A stretch of 64,000 nt of DNA from Armatimonadota bacterium (lineage in GTDB: Bacteria; Armatimonadota; Fimbriimonadia; Fimbriimonadales; Fimbriimonadaceae). This document shows positions 47,290 through 57,288 of the stretch, piece after piece. The notes below the pieces were generated by a model that made no database searches, was not told where the DNA came from, and saw only the letters and a list, made by a program, of their open reading frames with translations. Both the position numbers and the translations under genes were made by a program. The stretch's first letter is position 1; the number at the start of each line of letters is the position of its first letter. The stretch covers positions 124,001-188,000 of the forward strand of contig JANNQV010000028.1 of the NCBI GenBank assembly GCA_031400935.1, given 5' to 3'.

Positions 47290-48807
47290 TCACTCATTTG
47301 CCCATTTGTTTATGAGCCACCAGGCCCCTTGGTCGTGCGGAACAAACTTTTGGTGAGTAATGTGTTCAAAGGCTGGAAGATAGCCCAACGAACCGTCGCC
47401 AAATTGCCGAATCCTTTGCAAGACTGTTTCAATGTGTCGCTTGGCAATTCGGCAGCGTTCAATGTCTGCCAGACTTCCGCCAATCCGTTGATGAGTTCGT
47501 TTGGCGACCATTTCGAGATCGTCAAAGAGCTTTCGAGTTACGCTGAGTACACCAATCGCCTTTTCGGTCTCGCCTTTTGCATAATGGATTCGCGCTCGTT
47601 CGGCGATTTGAACGAACTCAACAGCGCTGCGGCCAAAGAAGGAGATTCCCTTTGTCGCTTCATCGGGAGCGATTTGAAGCGATTCTTCGAGAATTTGCCA
47701 GGCGGCGTCTCCCACTTCTCCCGAAAGTTTTTCGCCATGATGAAGCCATGCCAAAAACGGATTTGCATTCAAGAGCAGTCTCACTTTCAATGAGCTGCGG
47801 GTTTTAGAATGAGCAAAACAGCCTCCTGCTTCTTGAAGACGAATTCCCATCATTTCTGCCCAAAGCCCGTGCCGTTCTGAAACCCGATCATACGACTCTA
47901 AGAATCGCCCGGAAGCGCCGTTTAGAATTTCACCCGATGCTTCGATTGCGGGAAGAATCGTATCGTAGCTTCCAAAAAGTGCGTTCTCCCAAGTCGTTAC
48001 GCAAACTCCGTGACAACTCAAATTAACGACGTCTTTGACTACAGCCCGGACGTTTTCTTCGGACTCCGTGAGATGCATCCAAGTTGCATTGTAGGTTTGA
48101 AGGGTGGGACATCCTACAACTTCAAACCCCTTGTCAATGAATTTTTGCGCCGATTCTTTGATCCCGCTAAAATACTGCCAGTCAAAGATCAGCGTTTCCT
48201 TTGATAAAGGGGATAGAGCTTCAGAATGTTCAAGGAACATGTCGCCCCAGACCGCCGGACGCCTGCCTTGGGCAGAAACCCATTGTGTCAATGGGCCGAA
48301 GTGCGCGCCGTAAAGTTTGGCCTTGCCGTCTCCAGATTCCGCTTCAACTTTGGACTTGCATATCTCGCATTGGCCAAGTTGCCAAGTCTCGTCTCCGCCA
48401 ATATGAATGATTTCGGAATCAAAACATGACATGATATCAGCAAGCAATCCTTTGCAAAGCTCAACAAAGTCAGAATTCGAAGGGCAAGCCTGCATTCCTT
48501 GAAATCGGACTTCTCGATACTTTTTGCCTTCTTCCGTATAGATCATCCCTTCAAAATGACCGAGCAAATTCACAAATGGGATGAGCTGAAGATTGGGGAA
48601 TTCGGTTTGCAATTGCTGAATCATTTCTGGAGTAACGCAACCTTTCCCATGCGACCATGGTGTCGAAGGATAGGCGAAGCGGTGCTCTATATAGAGTCCA
48701 AGCGCGTTGTAACCGGAATCTAGAGATGCTTTGCAAAACCTGCGAAGATGGTCTAAGGTCGGCGATTGTTCCCGGGCGAGGTCGTACATCCACATTCGGA
48801 GTTGCAT
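47290..48807 (-). CDS. Glycoside hydrolase family 20 (hexosaminidase-like)
   Basis: IHIGGDET, LIPFVNLLGHFE, VWGDM, DWQY; start trimmed to ATG 48807. Confidence 0.85.
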   Translation of the reverse strand: MQLRMWMYDLAREQSPTLDHLRRFCKASLDSGYNALGLYIEHRFAYPSTPWSHGKGCVTPEMIQQLQTEFPNLQLIPFVNLLGHFEGMIYTEEGKKYREVRFQGMQACPSNSDFVELCKGLLADIMSCFDSEIIHIGGDETWQLGQCEICKSKVEAESGDGKAKLYGAHFGPLTQWVSAQGRRPAVWGDMFLEHSEALSPLSKETLIFDWQYFSGIKESAQKFIDKGFEVVGCPTLQTYNATWMHLTESEENVRAVVKDVVNLSCHGVCVTTWENALFGSYDTILPAIEASGEILNGASGRFLESYDRVSERHGLWAEMMGIRLQEAGGCFAHSKTRSSLKVRLLLNANPFLAWLHHGEKLSGEVGDAAWQILEESLQIAPDEATKGISFFGRSAVEFVQIAERARIHYAKGETEKAIGVLSVTRKLFDDLEMVAKRTHQRIGGSLADIERCRIAKRHIETVLQRIRQFGDGSLGYLPAFEHITHQKFVPHDQGAWWLINKWANE

Positions 48808-48827
48808 GAGAGAGAAGGTACCGCTAT

Positions 48828-48907
48828 TTTGGGAGTGCGCGGGCTTGACAGCGCCTTTCTTGAACTGATTCGTAAGAATTGCGCGGTCAAGCCCGCGCAC
48901 TCCCAAA
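48828..48907. repeat. REP doublet (REPIN-like), 22-bp perfect inverted repeat
   Basis: tttgggagtgcgcgggcttgac / gtcaagcccgcgcactcccaaa; partial copy tttgggagtgcg at 19114. Confidence 0.9.
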
Positions 48908-50044
48908 TTACGTCAATTCCACCGCAACCTCTGTGCAAAAGTGCCGCCCTTCATTCGTTAGTTTGATGCGTTCGCCTGATTCAGCCAACCATCCTCGCCC
49001 AATGCACTTGCCAATTCCTGAAGAGTTCAAAACAAGTTGCCTTTCAATTCCTTCTGCCAAACGCAATCCCAAAAAAATCCCCTCAATCTGCAAGTTTTTC
49101 AATGAGACATTTTCAGATTCAAAGGCGATTTGATCACCGCTTTCAACCGAATCGGAATACTGCTTCGGATGCTTCCAGTTTGTGTATCTAACTGCGCCAT
49201 CGTAACCGGTGAAAGAAGCAAGATTTTGCCCGTCCATCGTGCCAACTGCACCTGGGCCATAGCCAGCATACTTTTCGCCTTTCCAATAGCAGAGGTTGTG
49301 TAGGCAGGCCTTTCCTGGCTTGGCGAAGTTTGAGATTTCGTAAGATTCGTAACCCGCCTCTGATGCCATTTCGTGGGCGATATCGTACATTGCTACTTGC
49401 TCTTCGTCATCAGGAACGATCAGCGTTCCTTTGTGAAAATCCTTGTAAAAGCGGGTGTTTTCCTCGATTGTGAGGCAGTAAAGGCTCAGATGTTCTGGCC
49501 CGAGATCAATGGCTGTTTGAAGATTGGATCGCCATGCTGATTGCGATTGATGCGGCAGAGCGAACATAAGATCAAGATTCAAATTCTCAAATCCTGCGCT
49601 TCGCGCAGCAGAAACAGCCTTCCCAATATCTCCAGCAGCGTGGATTCGGTCGAGCCGAATCAAATCGTCGCTCTGAAAACTTTGGGCACCGATCGAGACG
49701 CGGTTGAACCCGGCTTGTTTCATCGCTTTGAATTTTGAAGCGTCAACAGTTCCGGGGTTTGCTTCGCTTGTGATTTCGCAATCCTCGATTGGTGGATGGG
49801 TCTCGATAACCGCTTGCAAGAGTCCGCACAATTGTCCTTCTGATAGAAATGTCGGAGTTCCGCCGCCAAAGAAAATGGTCTTTGCGGGAATTCCGTTCCA
49901 TGGGGAATTCCGGATTTCCCGTTCAATCGCCGCAACTGTTCGAGGGATGATTTCGCCATCCATCGCATAGCTGTTGAAGTCGCAATATCCGCATTTGCTT
50001 GGGCAAAACGGGGTGTGAACGTAGACGGCGACAGGAACAGACAT
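48908..50044 (-). CDS. hemW: Radical SAM heme chaperone HemW
   Basis: YVHTPFCPSKCGYCDF, FGGGTP, EANP, YEISNF, HNLCYW. Confidence 0.92.
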   Translation of the reverse strand: MSVPVAVYVHTPFCPSKCGYCDFNSYAMDGEIIPRTVAAIEREIRNSPWNGIPAKTIFFGGGTPTFLSEGQLCGLLQAVIETHPPIEDCEITSEANPGTVDASKFKAMKQAGFNRVSIGAQSFQSDDLIRLDRIHAAGDIGKAVSAARSAGFENLNLDLMFALPHQSQSAWRSNLQTAIDLGPEHLSLYCLTIEENTRFYKDFHKGTLIVPDDEEQVAMYDIAHEMASEAGYESYEISNFAKPGKACLHNLCYWKGEKYAGYGPGAVGTMDGQNLASFTGYDGAVRYTNWKHPKQYSDSVESGDQIAFESENVSLKNLQIEGIFLGLRLAEGIERQLVLNSSGIGKCIGRGWLAESGERIKLTNEGRHFCTEVAVELT

Positions 50045-50102
50045 TAGTTCATTGTGGCGCATCGCCTGGCATTGCCCAAGCTGCACTGAATAGAATGTTT
50101 CT

Positions 50103-50996
50103 ATGATCGTTGCTACGATTCTTAGTTGTATAACCGTAACTCAGATTCCACTGACCACAATCTTTACAGCAGAAAGCATTGGAAGCGGACCCTACAGAGC
50201 TTTTTCCAAGCCAGAAAGTGTGACCATCCAATCGGTTTATCCCGCGAATCGAGGCGAAAAGGTTGAAAGGCAATTTGGAGTCATAAAACTCAGATTTGTG
50301 ACAAGGCCTCACCCTATCAAGCCTCAATTTGTGCAAACTCTAAAAGAAAACTTTTCCCATCCGTATCGGACTTTAGAGCAAAACTGTGTGTTCCACCCTG
50401 ATCATCATATCGTTTTTCGAAATGGCAATGATGTGCTGGAAGCGATCACCTGCTTTACATGCGATGAGTTAATGGTGATCGCAAACGGCAGATACATTGA
50501 CCGGGTTTCGATGGGCCCCCCAAAAAAGTTGCGAATGATATTTACAAGTTCTGTGCCGCTAAGTGATACTTTACGCGCTTCTTCGGAAGAATGGCTCTCG
50601 CGTGAATGTGTTAACGCTTTTTCTGAAGCGACAGGAGGAATGGTTTCTCAGGCCAGATACAATGGGTCCAAACTTCCAGCTTTGTCAGCTCAAATACGGG
50701 CAGTTGGAGCAACACGATTGTCAGAAGCCGATCTTCAAATTCTGTTTGATGTTCTTGAAGTTCACTGCTTCAACAACCGCCTCACATTTCGATTTGCACA
50801 GCCAACATTGAAGAGCCTTACTCCGCCGGAGGCCTATGTTCAACTGAACACGAAGGGCCGTGTTAGCCTCGTTTTCTACGCTGCATACAGCCGCGCTCAG
50901 CTCTATGTTGGCGGCAAAGCGTCCCGAGTGATTGACCTCTTCGGGATCGAAGACCGCCTGCAAGCATTCTTGATTCCTAGACTTAGTTCACAATGA
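50103..50996 (+). CDS. Hypothetical secreted protein
   Basis: 297 aa; CVFHPDH and CFTC motifs. Confidence 0.7.
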   Translation: MIVATILSCITVTQIPLTTIFTAESIGSGPYRAFSKPESVTIQSVYPANRGEKVERQFGVIKLRFVTRPHPIKPQFVQTLKENFSHPYRTLEQNCVFHPDHHIVFRNGNDVLEAITCFTCDELMVIANGRYIDRVSMGPPKKLRMIFTSSVPLSDTLRASSEEWLSRECVNAFSEATGGMVSQARYNGSKLPALSAQIRAVGATRLSEADLQILFDVLEVHCFNNRLTFRFAQPTLKSLTPPEAYVQLNTKGRVSLVFYAAYSRAQLYVGGKASRVIDLFGIEDRLQAFLIPRLSSQ

Positions 50997-51031
50997 ACAT
51001 TGTTTTCGTCTGAAATTGCGAAACAAACACC

Positions 51032-51778
51032 ATGGAATGGATCACCGACTCTCAAATTTGGATTAGCTTCCTCACACTAGCCGTGCTGGAAATTGTTCTC
51101 GGCGTTGACAACATTGTCTTCATCTCGATCCTGGCTGGAAAGTTACCACCAGAGCAACGGCACAAAGCTCGTCAGATGGGGCTTGCATTGGCACTCATCA
51201 CCCGCATATTGCTGCTGTTGAGCATTACATGGGTGATGGGTCTCACGGCTCCTTTGTTCCAAGTTTTGGAACGTAACGTTTCGGGAAGAGACCTCATCCT
51301 CTTTACTGGCGGTTTGTTTCTGATCTACAAGGCCGTGACCGAGATTCACAACAAGCTTGAAGGTGACGAGCACACGATTCACACTCCGAATGTCGTTTCA
51401 TTTGGCGGGGTTATCGGCCAAATCTTAGTTTTGGACATCGTCTTCTCGCTGGATTCAGTAATTACTGCTGTTGGGATGGCAAGCAATGTCGGGGTCATGA
51501 TCGCCGCAGTTGTCGTAGCTGTTGGAGTTATGCTCTTTCTAGCGGCACCATTAAGCAGTTTTGTCGAAAAACACCCAACTGTCAAAATTCTCGCGCTCGC
51601 TTTCTTAGTGTTGATTGGCGTGAATCTGGTTGCCGAGAGCTTCCATCAAGCGATTCCGAAGGGCTACACGTACTTTGCAATGGGGTTTGCCGTTATGGTT
51701 GAGATGCTGAATTTGAGGGTTCATAGGAAATCGGCTCCCGTTAGGCTTCATGAAGAGTCCATGCCGCCAGATGTTTAG
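51032..51778 (+). CDS. TerC family membrane protein
   Basis: LEIVLGVDNIVFI, DIVFSLDSVITAVG. Confidence 0.95.
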   Translation: MEWITDSQIWISFLTLAVLEIVLGVDNIVFISILAGKLPPEQRHKARQMGLALALITRILLLLSITWVMGLTAPLFQVLERNVSGRDLILFTGGLFLIYKAVTEIHNKLEGDEHTIHTPNVVSFGGVIGQILVLDIVFSLDSVITAVGMASNVGVMIAAVVVAVGVMLFLAAPLSSFVEKHPTVKILALAFLVLIGVNLVAESFHQAIPKGYTYFAMGFAVMVEMLNLRVHRKSAPVRLHEESMPPDV

Positions 51779-51783
51779 GCCGG

Positions 51784-51815
51784 GTTCCCCTTCCTCCCAA
51801 GGGAGGAAGGGGAAC
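51784..51815. terminator. Perfect 15-bp hairpin between convergent genes (terminator or REP)
   Basis: gttccccttcctccc-aa-gggaggaaggggaac. Confidence 0.7.
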
Positions 51816-51819
51816 AGAT

Positions 51820-54411
51820 TTACCTCTCCCAAGTTGCGTCTTCGACTTTCAGCTTGGCGAAAAACTCCTTCCCGCCGACCTTGAGAACTACTCGGTAGTC
51901 GCCGACAGCGAGCCTTCTTCCGCCGCCGAAGCGGACGGAGTTCAGACCAGCCTTTGTGCCTCCTGTGAGGGATTGGACTACTGTTCCGATGGCATCTTGA
52001 ACCTCAACTTTGACCTCGCCTGCAGCGTCGGCTTTGAGGTGATAGAAGATGTCCGTTCCTGGTTGCGTGTTTCGAGCAATCCAAACCCTGTCGCCGTCTC
52101 CAGTCGTGCCGTCGCTGCCGCCGAGGATTAAAATGTTCTGTGGCGTTGCGAGGTGGGCATCTTTCGCAAGATTGGCTTCTGTAAGCTCTTCAAGGGCAGA
52201 GACGTTCATCGTCCAAATGCTTCTGCCATGAGTTCCGATCACTAGATCAAGTTCCCTTGCATGAATCTGAACGTCGTTTACGGGAACTGTCGGAAATCCC
52301 GCCTTGACCTTTGTCCAAGACTTGCCCCGGTCGAGCGAAGTCCAAAGTCCATATTCGGTTCCGAGGAACAACAAGTTTGGATTTTTGAGGCCGTCGCGAA
52401 TCACATGAACAGGCTCGGTTGGCGGAAGATTGGCGTTCAACTTCGACCATGTTTTGCCAAAGTCTTCCGTCGCATAAACGTAAGTATTGAAGTCGTTCAT
52501 CCGATGATTGTCAAAGGTTGCGTAGGCTCGTCCGGCTTCATGAGCAGAAGCATGAACTCTCGTCACCCAGCCAAATTTTGGAGCGTCAGGCATATTTGCG
52601 TTGACCTGAGTCCAAGTCTTGCCTGTGTCCTGAGTCACCCAAACATTGCCGTCGTCTGTCCCAACCCAAATCACTCCCATCTTCGCAGGCGATTCGGAAA
52701 TCGTAACAATTGTGCAATGCCTTTCTGCGCCGGTGTCTTCGGGAGTCGTGCTTCCAAATCCAACTTTGAGCTTGTCCGGATTATTAGTGGACAGATCTGG
52801 GCTGATTACGTCCCAATTTGTTCCTCGGTTCACACTACGAAATAGGAAGTTTCCACCAACATAAACCGTTTGCGAGTTGAACGGCGAAAGTGCGATTGGA
52901 GTGTTCCAATTGAATCTAGCGCGACCTGATAGTGGCGGATTCGTATTTCGCGTGTTAGGCTGAATTCCGGCGCCTCCGCCAGTCTTCACGTTTTGCCTAC
53001 CTACTGCGCCGCCCTGACTTTCAGTGTAAACGGTCGTCCAATCGTTGGGATCAACTACTGTGAAAAATCCGTCTCCACCGCCAGCGTTATACCAATCTTG
53101 AAAAGTAGTACCGCCATGCTTAGTCTGAGTCGGGCCGCCCCATGATCCGTTGTCTTGAAGTCCGCCATAAACGTAATACGGCTTTCGATTATCCCAGCCA
53201 ATTGCATAGAACTGGCCAAGAACCATCGTGTTCATGTGCTCCCACGTAACGCCTCGATCTCGAGTCTGATACACACCGCCGTCGCTTCCCGTAATGATGT
53301 GGTTGCTGTCGGTTGGATTCACCCAACAGGCGTGGTAGTCAACATGAACGCGGTCATTGATCGGCATACCTCGGAACGTTTTCCCTTGATCGTCGCTGAC
53401 GTGCATGCTAACGCCTAACACGTAAATTCGGTTCGCATCTTGGGTATCAAACCTTGGCAAAGAGAAGTAGAACGGCCGCGGATTTGTGCTGCTTGCCTTT
53501 TCCCAGCTTTCGCCTTTGTCTCTACTAATGAATGTTCCTCCCACTGTCGTCCTCCTCCATTGGCCGGCTGCCGTGTCAGGAGTAGGAACGGAGGCTTCGA
53601 TAGTTGCCACCATCAGCTTCGTATCTTTGAAATGGAAGGAGATTCCCATTCGACCGAACATAACTCCTGCGTCGCTTGGCAGCCCCTTTGTTATCTTTTT
53701 CCAGTTTTTTCCAGCATCTGTGGATTTATACATACCGGAGCCTTCACCGCCACTAATCCAATTGAACGGAGACCTCATTCTTTCCCACATCGCAGCGAAT
53801 AGAATGTTTGGATTTGTGGGGTCCATCACAAAATCTGCTGGACCGGTTTTGTCGTTCACATAAAGAATCTTGTCCCAAGTCTTTCCGCCGTCCGTTGATT
53901 TATAGATTCCTCGATCTTCGCTGGCTCCCCATAGTCGTCCGGTCGCGCCAACGTAGATCGTGTCGTCGTTTCTGGGGTCAATCAAGATGTCGCAAATATG
54001 GTGAGTAGCTTCCAGGCCCATGTGTTTCCAGATTTTCCCACCATCTTTCGACATGTAAACGCCATTGCCCCAGCTTGTCGAGTTACGGCTGCTAGCTTCA
54101 CCCATTCCGACCCAAACGATGTTCGGGTCTTTTTGCGAAATTGCTACTGCACCCATGCCAGAAACGGCTGCCGAGTCAAAAACCGGAGTCATTTTCACGC
54201 CAGCGCTTTCGGTTTTCCAAAGTCCTCCGCCAGCAGTTGCGACGTAGAAAATTCGTGGGTCTTTGTTGAAAACGGCGATGTCAGCGATGCGGCCGCCCAT
54301 TACTGTCGGGCCGAGCGCACGAGGCGTTATGCCGTTCAAAAGACTCTCTTGGGCTACTGATGACGATACAAGGATTGACAATGCTGTCAGGGCAAGGATA
54401 ATGCGTTTCAT
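51820..54411 (-). CDS. Secreted BNR/Asp-box (VPS10/sortilin-like) propeller protein, putative glycosyl hydrolase
   Basis: Repeated SxDGGKTW boxes; GGLQDNGSW, GGDGF, GTHGRSIW. Confidence 0.9.
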   Translation of the reverse strand: MKRIILALTALSILVSSSVAQESLLNGITPRALGPTVMGGRIADIAVFNKDPRIFYVATAGGGLWKTESAGVKMTPVFDSAAVSGMGAVAISQKDPNIVWVGMGEASSRNSTSWGNGVYMSKDGGKIWKHMGLEATHHICDILIDPRNDDTIYVGATGRLWGASEDRGIYKSTDGGKTWDKILYVNDKTGPADFVMDPTNPNILFAAMWERMRSPFNWISGGEGSGMYKSTDAGKNWKKITKGLPSDAGVMFGRMGISFHFKDTKLMVATIEASVPTPDTAAGQWRRTTVGGTFISRDKGESWEKASSTNPRPFYFSLPRFDTQDANRIYVLGVSMHVSDDQGKTFRGMPINDRVHVDYHACWVNPTDSNHIITGSDGGVYQTRDRGVTWEHMNTMVLGQFYAIGWDNRKPYYVYGGLQDNGSWGGPTQTKHGGTTFQDWYNAGGGDGFFTVVDPNDWTTVYTESQGGAVGRQNVKTGGGAGIQPNTRNTNPPLSGRARFNWNTPIALSPFNSQTVYVGGNFLFRSVNRGTNWDVISPDLSTNNPDKLKVGFGSTTPEDTGAERHCTIVTISESPAKMGVIWVGTDDGNVWVTQDTGKTWTQVNANMPDAPKFGWVTRVHASAHEAGRAYATFDNHRMNDFNTYVYATEDFGKTWSKLNANLPPTEPVHVIRDGLKNPNLLFLGTEYGLWTSLDRGKSWTKVKAGFPTVPVNDVQIHARELDLVIGTHGRSIWTMNVSALEELTEANLAKDAHLATPQNILILGGSDGTTGDGDRVWIARNTQPGTDIFYHLKADAAGEVKVEVQDAIGTVVQSLTGGTKAGLNSVRFGGGRRLAVGDYRVVLKVGGKEFFAKLKVEDATWER

Positions 54412-54502
54412 AGGCTTCGTTACGTTACCAGGTTCTAACAACCATATTGATTATCAGGATTAACGAATTTTCAGCCGAATTCAAGAAATTTCATCGCCAA
54501 AC

Positions 54503-54541
54503 AAAAAATCAGCGCACTGACCAAAGGTTAGTGCGCTGATT
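54503..54541 (-). terminator. Intrinsic terminator of rpsR
   Basis: aatcagcgcactgacc-aaa-ggttagtgcgctgatt with a U-tract on the minus strand. Confidence 0.85.
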
Positions 54542-54558
54542 CAAAAGAGTCTGAACTC

Positions 54559-55029
54559 TTATTCGCCGGCTTCGACTGCTGGCTCAGTCGCTACTTCAAC
54601 GGAAGCGCTCTTTTCGACTGGAGCTTCCGATGGCCTTTCCCGGGTTTCTCTGGGTTCACGGTGGTCTCGGCTATCCATAGGAGTATCGTACGGCCTGTCG
54701 CGACGATCTCGCCTAAATCCTGAACTTCGAGTATCGGCGGGCGGCTCGCTCAAAACGAATGGAAGGAGTGCAAGCTCGCGAGCCCTTCGAATGGCTCGAG
54801 CGATCATTCGCTGCTGCTTGGCAGTATTTCCCGTTTGTCGGCTCGAAATCATCTTGCCGCGCTCATTCACAAAGCGTCGCAAAATTGCAATTTCTTTGTA
54901 ATCAACATAGTGAATTTTTTGGATTGTAAGGTAGCTAACCTTACGTCGTTTGCGGCCTTTGAATCTGCCGCCTTCTGGGGCATCTTTATCGCGCCCGAAT
55001 CCTGTGCCGTTTGAAACTTCTTCGTTCAT
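54559..55029 (-). CDS. rpsR: 30S ribosomal protein S18 with N- and C-terminal extensions
   Basis: VDYKE...LRRFVNERGKM..SRQTG..AKQQR.IARAIRRARELALLPF. Confidence 0.93.
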   Translation of the reverse strand: MNEEVSNGTGFGRDKDAPEGGRFKGRKRRKVSYLTIQKIHYVDYKEIAILRRFVNERGKMISSRQTGNTAKQQRMIARAIRRARELALLPFVLSEPPADTRSSGFRRDRRDRPYDTPMDSRDHREPRETRERPSEAPVEKSASVEVATEPAVEAGE

Positions 55030-55123
55030 GGAAAACCTGTTCGATGATGCGAACGAAAATCTTCGCATCAAGCGAAAAAGTATAGCACGGAATGGGTGTT
55101 CGAAGCTAGCGTCCAATCCTAGA

Positions 55124-55486
55124 CTAGGAAACAGCCTGGACCGCTGGAATCCTTACAACTGCATTTGCCGTTTCCGCTGATGCTTCGTGACGCATGATTG
55201 TGGTGAGCCGTCTCTGGATTTCACGATCGTTTGCGTTGGACAATTCTGTCAGATCAACGAGTGCATAGTAAATCTGAATCGCAAGGCGATGGCGGTCACA
55301 AAGCGACTGGGGTGCTGATTTTGCGATGTCTCGCTCCATAAGCGAGACTAGCTCCCAAAAAGCGCAGGCTCGTCCTGCAGGGGCACGAGATCGCAGAAAT
55401 GTCGTAGTTAAGATCGGCTTCCGACGAATTACCGACTTCACATATGGCTCAATTGCTAAGAATGACCAATTTGGAACAGGCTTCAT
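55124..55486 (-). CDS. Hypothetical protein
   Basis: 120-aa ORF with GAGGG upstream. Confidence 0.5.
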   Translation of the reverse strand: MKPVPNWSFLAIEPYVKSVIRRKPILTTTFLRSRAPAGRACAFWELVSLMERDIAKSAPQSLCDRHRLAIQIYYALVDLTELSNANDREIQRRLTTIMRHEASAETANAVVRIPAVQAVS

Positions 55487-55587
55487 TTTTCTTAACCCTC
55501 GAAAATAAGGACGGAACTATACTTGAATTGATGCTTTGTTAACTGACGATTAAGTATTGATAGGCGTTTTTTGCTGAAAATTCCAAC

Positions 55588-56076
55588 TTGACACTACTAA
55601 AGTGGCGTCTAATGAAATGCGGCACTAACGCCAAGGAAGTTGTGGAACATCCTGCCTTCATGTTTTTCGGAGCAATCATAGGGCTCACCATCGGAGTCCC
55701 GCTTTTGGCATTGTACGAGTTCGGCATGTTTAGATACGGCCAAGGGCTTGCTGAACGAGTTCCCACCCGAATTTCAGATCGGAATGTCTTAATAGTCATT
55801 TCTTTAGCCTGGCTTCCAGTCACTTCGATAGTGCTTTTGCTTCCAGGTGATCCTTTTTTCAAGGTGCTCCTTTGGGTGATTGTCTATTTGATGAACGCAT
55901 ATCCTTCCGCTGTCGGACTGATTTCGCGTCGGCAGTACCTTGAAGATCAAGAAGTGAAGCGACACCGCAGAAACGTAGATGTTTGGCTCGCTGACTGGGA
56001 ATGCAAGGACGCCGAAGCAACTTCTGAAGACGATTGGAAAGCGATTTTGCAAAGTGGAGAAGATGAGTCGAATTGA
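55588..56076 (+). CDS. Hypothetical membrane protein (three TM segments)
   Basis: Hydrophobic segments; true start is probably further downstream. Confidence 0.7.
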   Translation: MTLLKWRLMKCGTNAKEVVEHPAFMFFGAIIGLTIGVPLLALYEFGMFRYGQGLAERVPTRISDRNVLIVISLAWLPVTSIVLLLPGDPFFKVLLWVIVYLMNAYPSAVGLISRRQYLEDQEVKRHRRNVDVWLADWECKDAEATSEDDWKAILQSGEDESN

Positions 56077-56335
56077 TGTTTTGGAATTGCGCCCGAAAAC
56101 ATGGAATAAGCTGAGCGTGAATTCAGTTTCTGCGGCCCAGTCTGCGCTCTCGCTCATTCAATTGGGAAATTCCAAGTTGCTAGACGCAACCCAGTTCCTT
56201 GGAAGCGGGAACCCAGACCAAGTGCTAGATGGCTTCGTTGCGTTGCAACAGGCAAAGAATTCTATGCGAATGGCATCCGTTCTGATTCTGTCGCAACAAG
56301 AAGTGGACGACGCAATTCTCGACATTCTCGCTTAA
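56063..56335 (+). CDS. Small protein resembling a flagellar rod/hook C-terminal helix
   Basis: DQVLDGFVALQQAKNSMRMASVLILSQQEVDDAILDILA; start may be GTG 56117. Confidence 0.5.
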   Translation: MSRIDVLELRPKTWNKLSVNSVSAAQSALSLIQLGNSKLLDATQFLGSGNPDQVLDGFVALQQAKNSMRMASVLILSQQEVDDAILDILA

Positions 56336-56384
56336 CAATTTGTCTCCAATAGAATTTTATGGATTCATTTGGTAAGCTAATCAA

Positions 56385-56819
56385 ATGAGCGGATCGGAAG
56401 ATTTGATTGGTGCAGTTCTTGTAGCGAATGAAGCAATCGCTTCGGCACTAGAACAACCATTCCGCGACGTAGGCCTGAACTTTGGCACGTTCGAACTCCT
56501 AGCAGCTGTACGCTCGGCTCGCGGACAATGTTCTCAAGCTCAACTTGCTTCACGACTTGGAATTCGGCCAGCATCGCTTTGTGAAGCCGTACAGATTGCA
56601 ACCAGAAAGGGTTTGGTAGAGCAAGTTCCATCTACCTCGGACAGGCGAGTGAAGAATGTTTCCCTCACTCATAAAGGGGAGCAAGCCATGAAAAAAGCTG
56701 CCCAAGCATTGTCCTCACTTGGCTCTAAAATTGAAGCAAAGATTTCTAAGCGCGATTTGGACGATGCCGTCAGGACGCTCGAACGGATCGGAGAGATCAT
56801 TTCACCTTCAGTTGATTAG
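56385..56819 (+). CDS. MarR family transcriptional regulator
   Basis: SQAQLASRLGI, KGLVEQ..S..DRRVK.VSLT.KG. Confidence 0.9.
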   Translation: MSGSEDLIGAVLVANEAIASALEQPFRDVGLNFGTFELLAAVRSARGQCSQAQLASRLGIRPASLCEAVQIATRKGLVEQVPSTSDRRVKNVSLTHKGEQAMKKAAQALSSLGSKIEAKISKRDLDDAVRTLERIGEIISPSVD

Positions 56820-56889
56820 GTGACCTAAGACAATTCATAAGATTTGATCCACTCTTGGTGCGTTCTGTCTAAATCTTCCGTCTTGAAAG

Positions 56890-57288
56890 TTGTCGAAAAG
56901 GTATGCCATGTTACGAGTTGTCGGAGTTCAACCACACGAATCTGAAGGCTTGGAATTTGTGCTTCTCCAAAATCAGGGGCATATGCGCCTTATATTGCGT
57001 GGCCACGCCGTCTTTAGCGAGACTGCAATTTCTGGCGGAGACATCCACAATGCAGGCCACATTTTTTCAGAAGAAGAATCCATCGGCCCTGGCTTGTTTG
57101 TCATGCTTTCGACAGGTTGCGGCGAACCTCATTGGGGGCGAACAAAAGACGGCGCTTATGTGTTTCACACTTACATGGATCGAACGTCGCCTGTATGGCA
57201 ACATTGTTCGGCACCCTTCCATGTTTTAGGCGTACAGCATACATATATTGATCGTTCATCGAAAATAGAGTACTTGGTCGCAAAGTAG
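56890..57288 (+). CDS. Hypothetical protein (lamin-tail-domain-like)
   Basis: EFVLLQNQG...PGLFVMLSTG.G pattern; tentative. Confidence 0.6.
   Translation: MSKRYAMLRVVGVQPHESEGLEFVLLQNQGHMRLILRGHAVFSETAISGGDIHNAGHIFSEEESIGPGLFVMLSTGCGEPHWGRTKDGAYVFHTYMDRTSPVWQHCSAPFHVLGVQHTYIDRSSKIEYLVAK

Noticed and set aside
48808..48906. N-terminal extension of the GH20 ORF
   Set aside because: It is a translation of the REP palindrome; TACCTT precedes ATG 48807.
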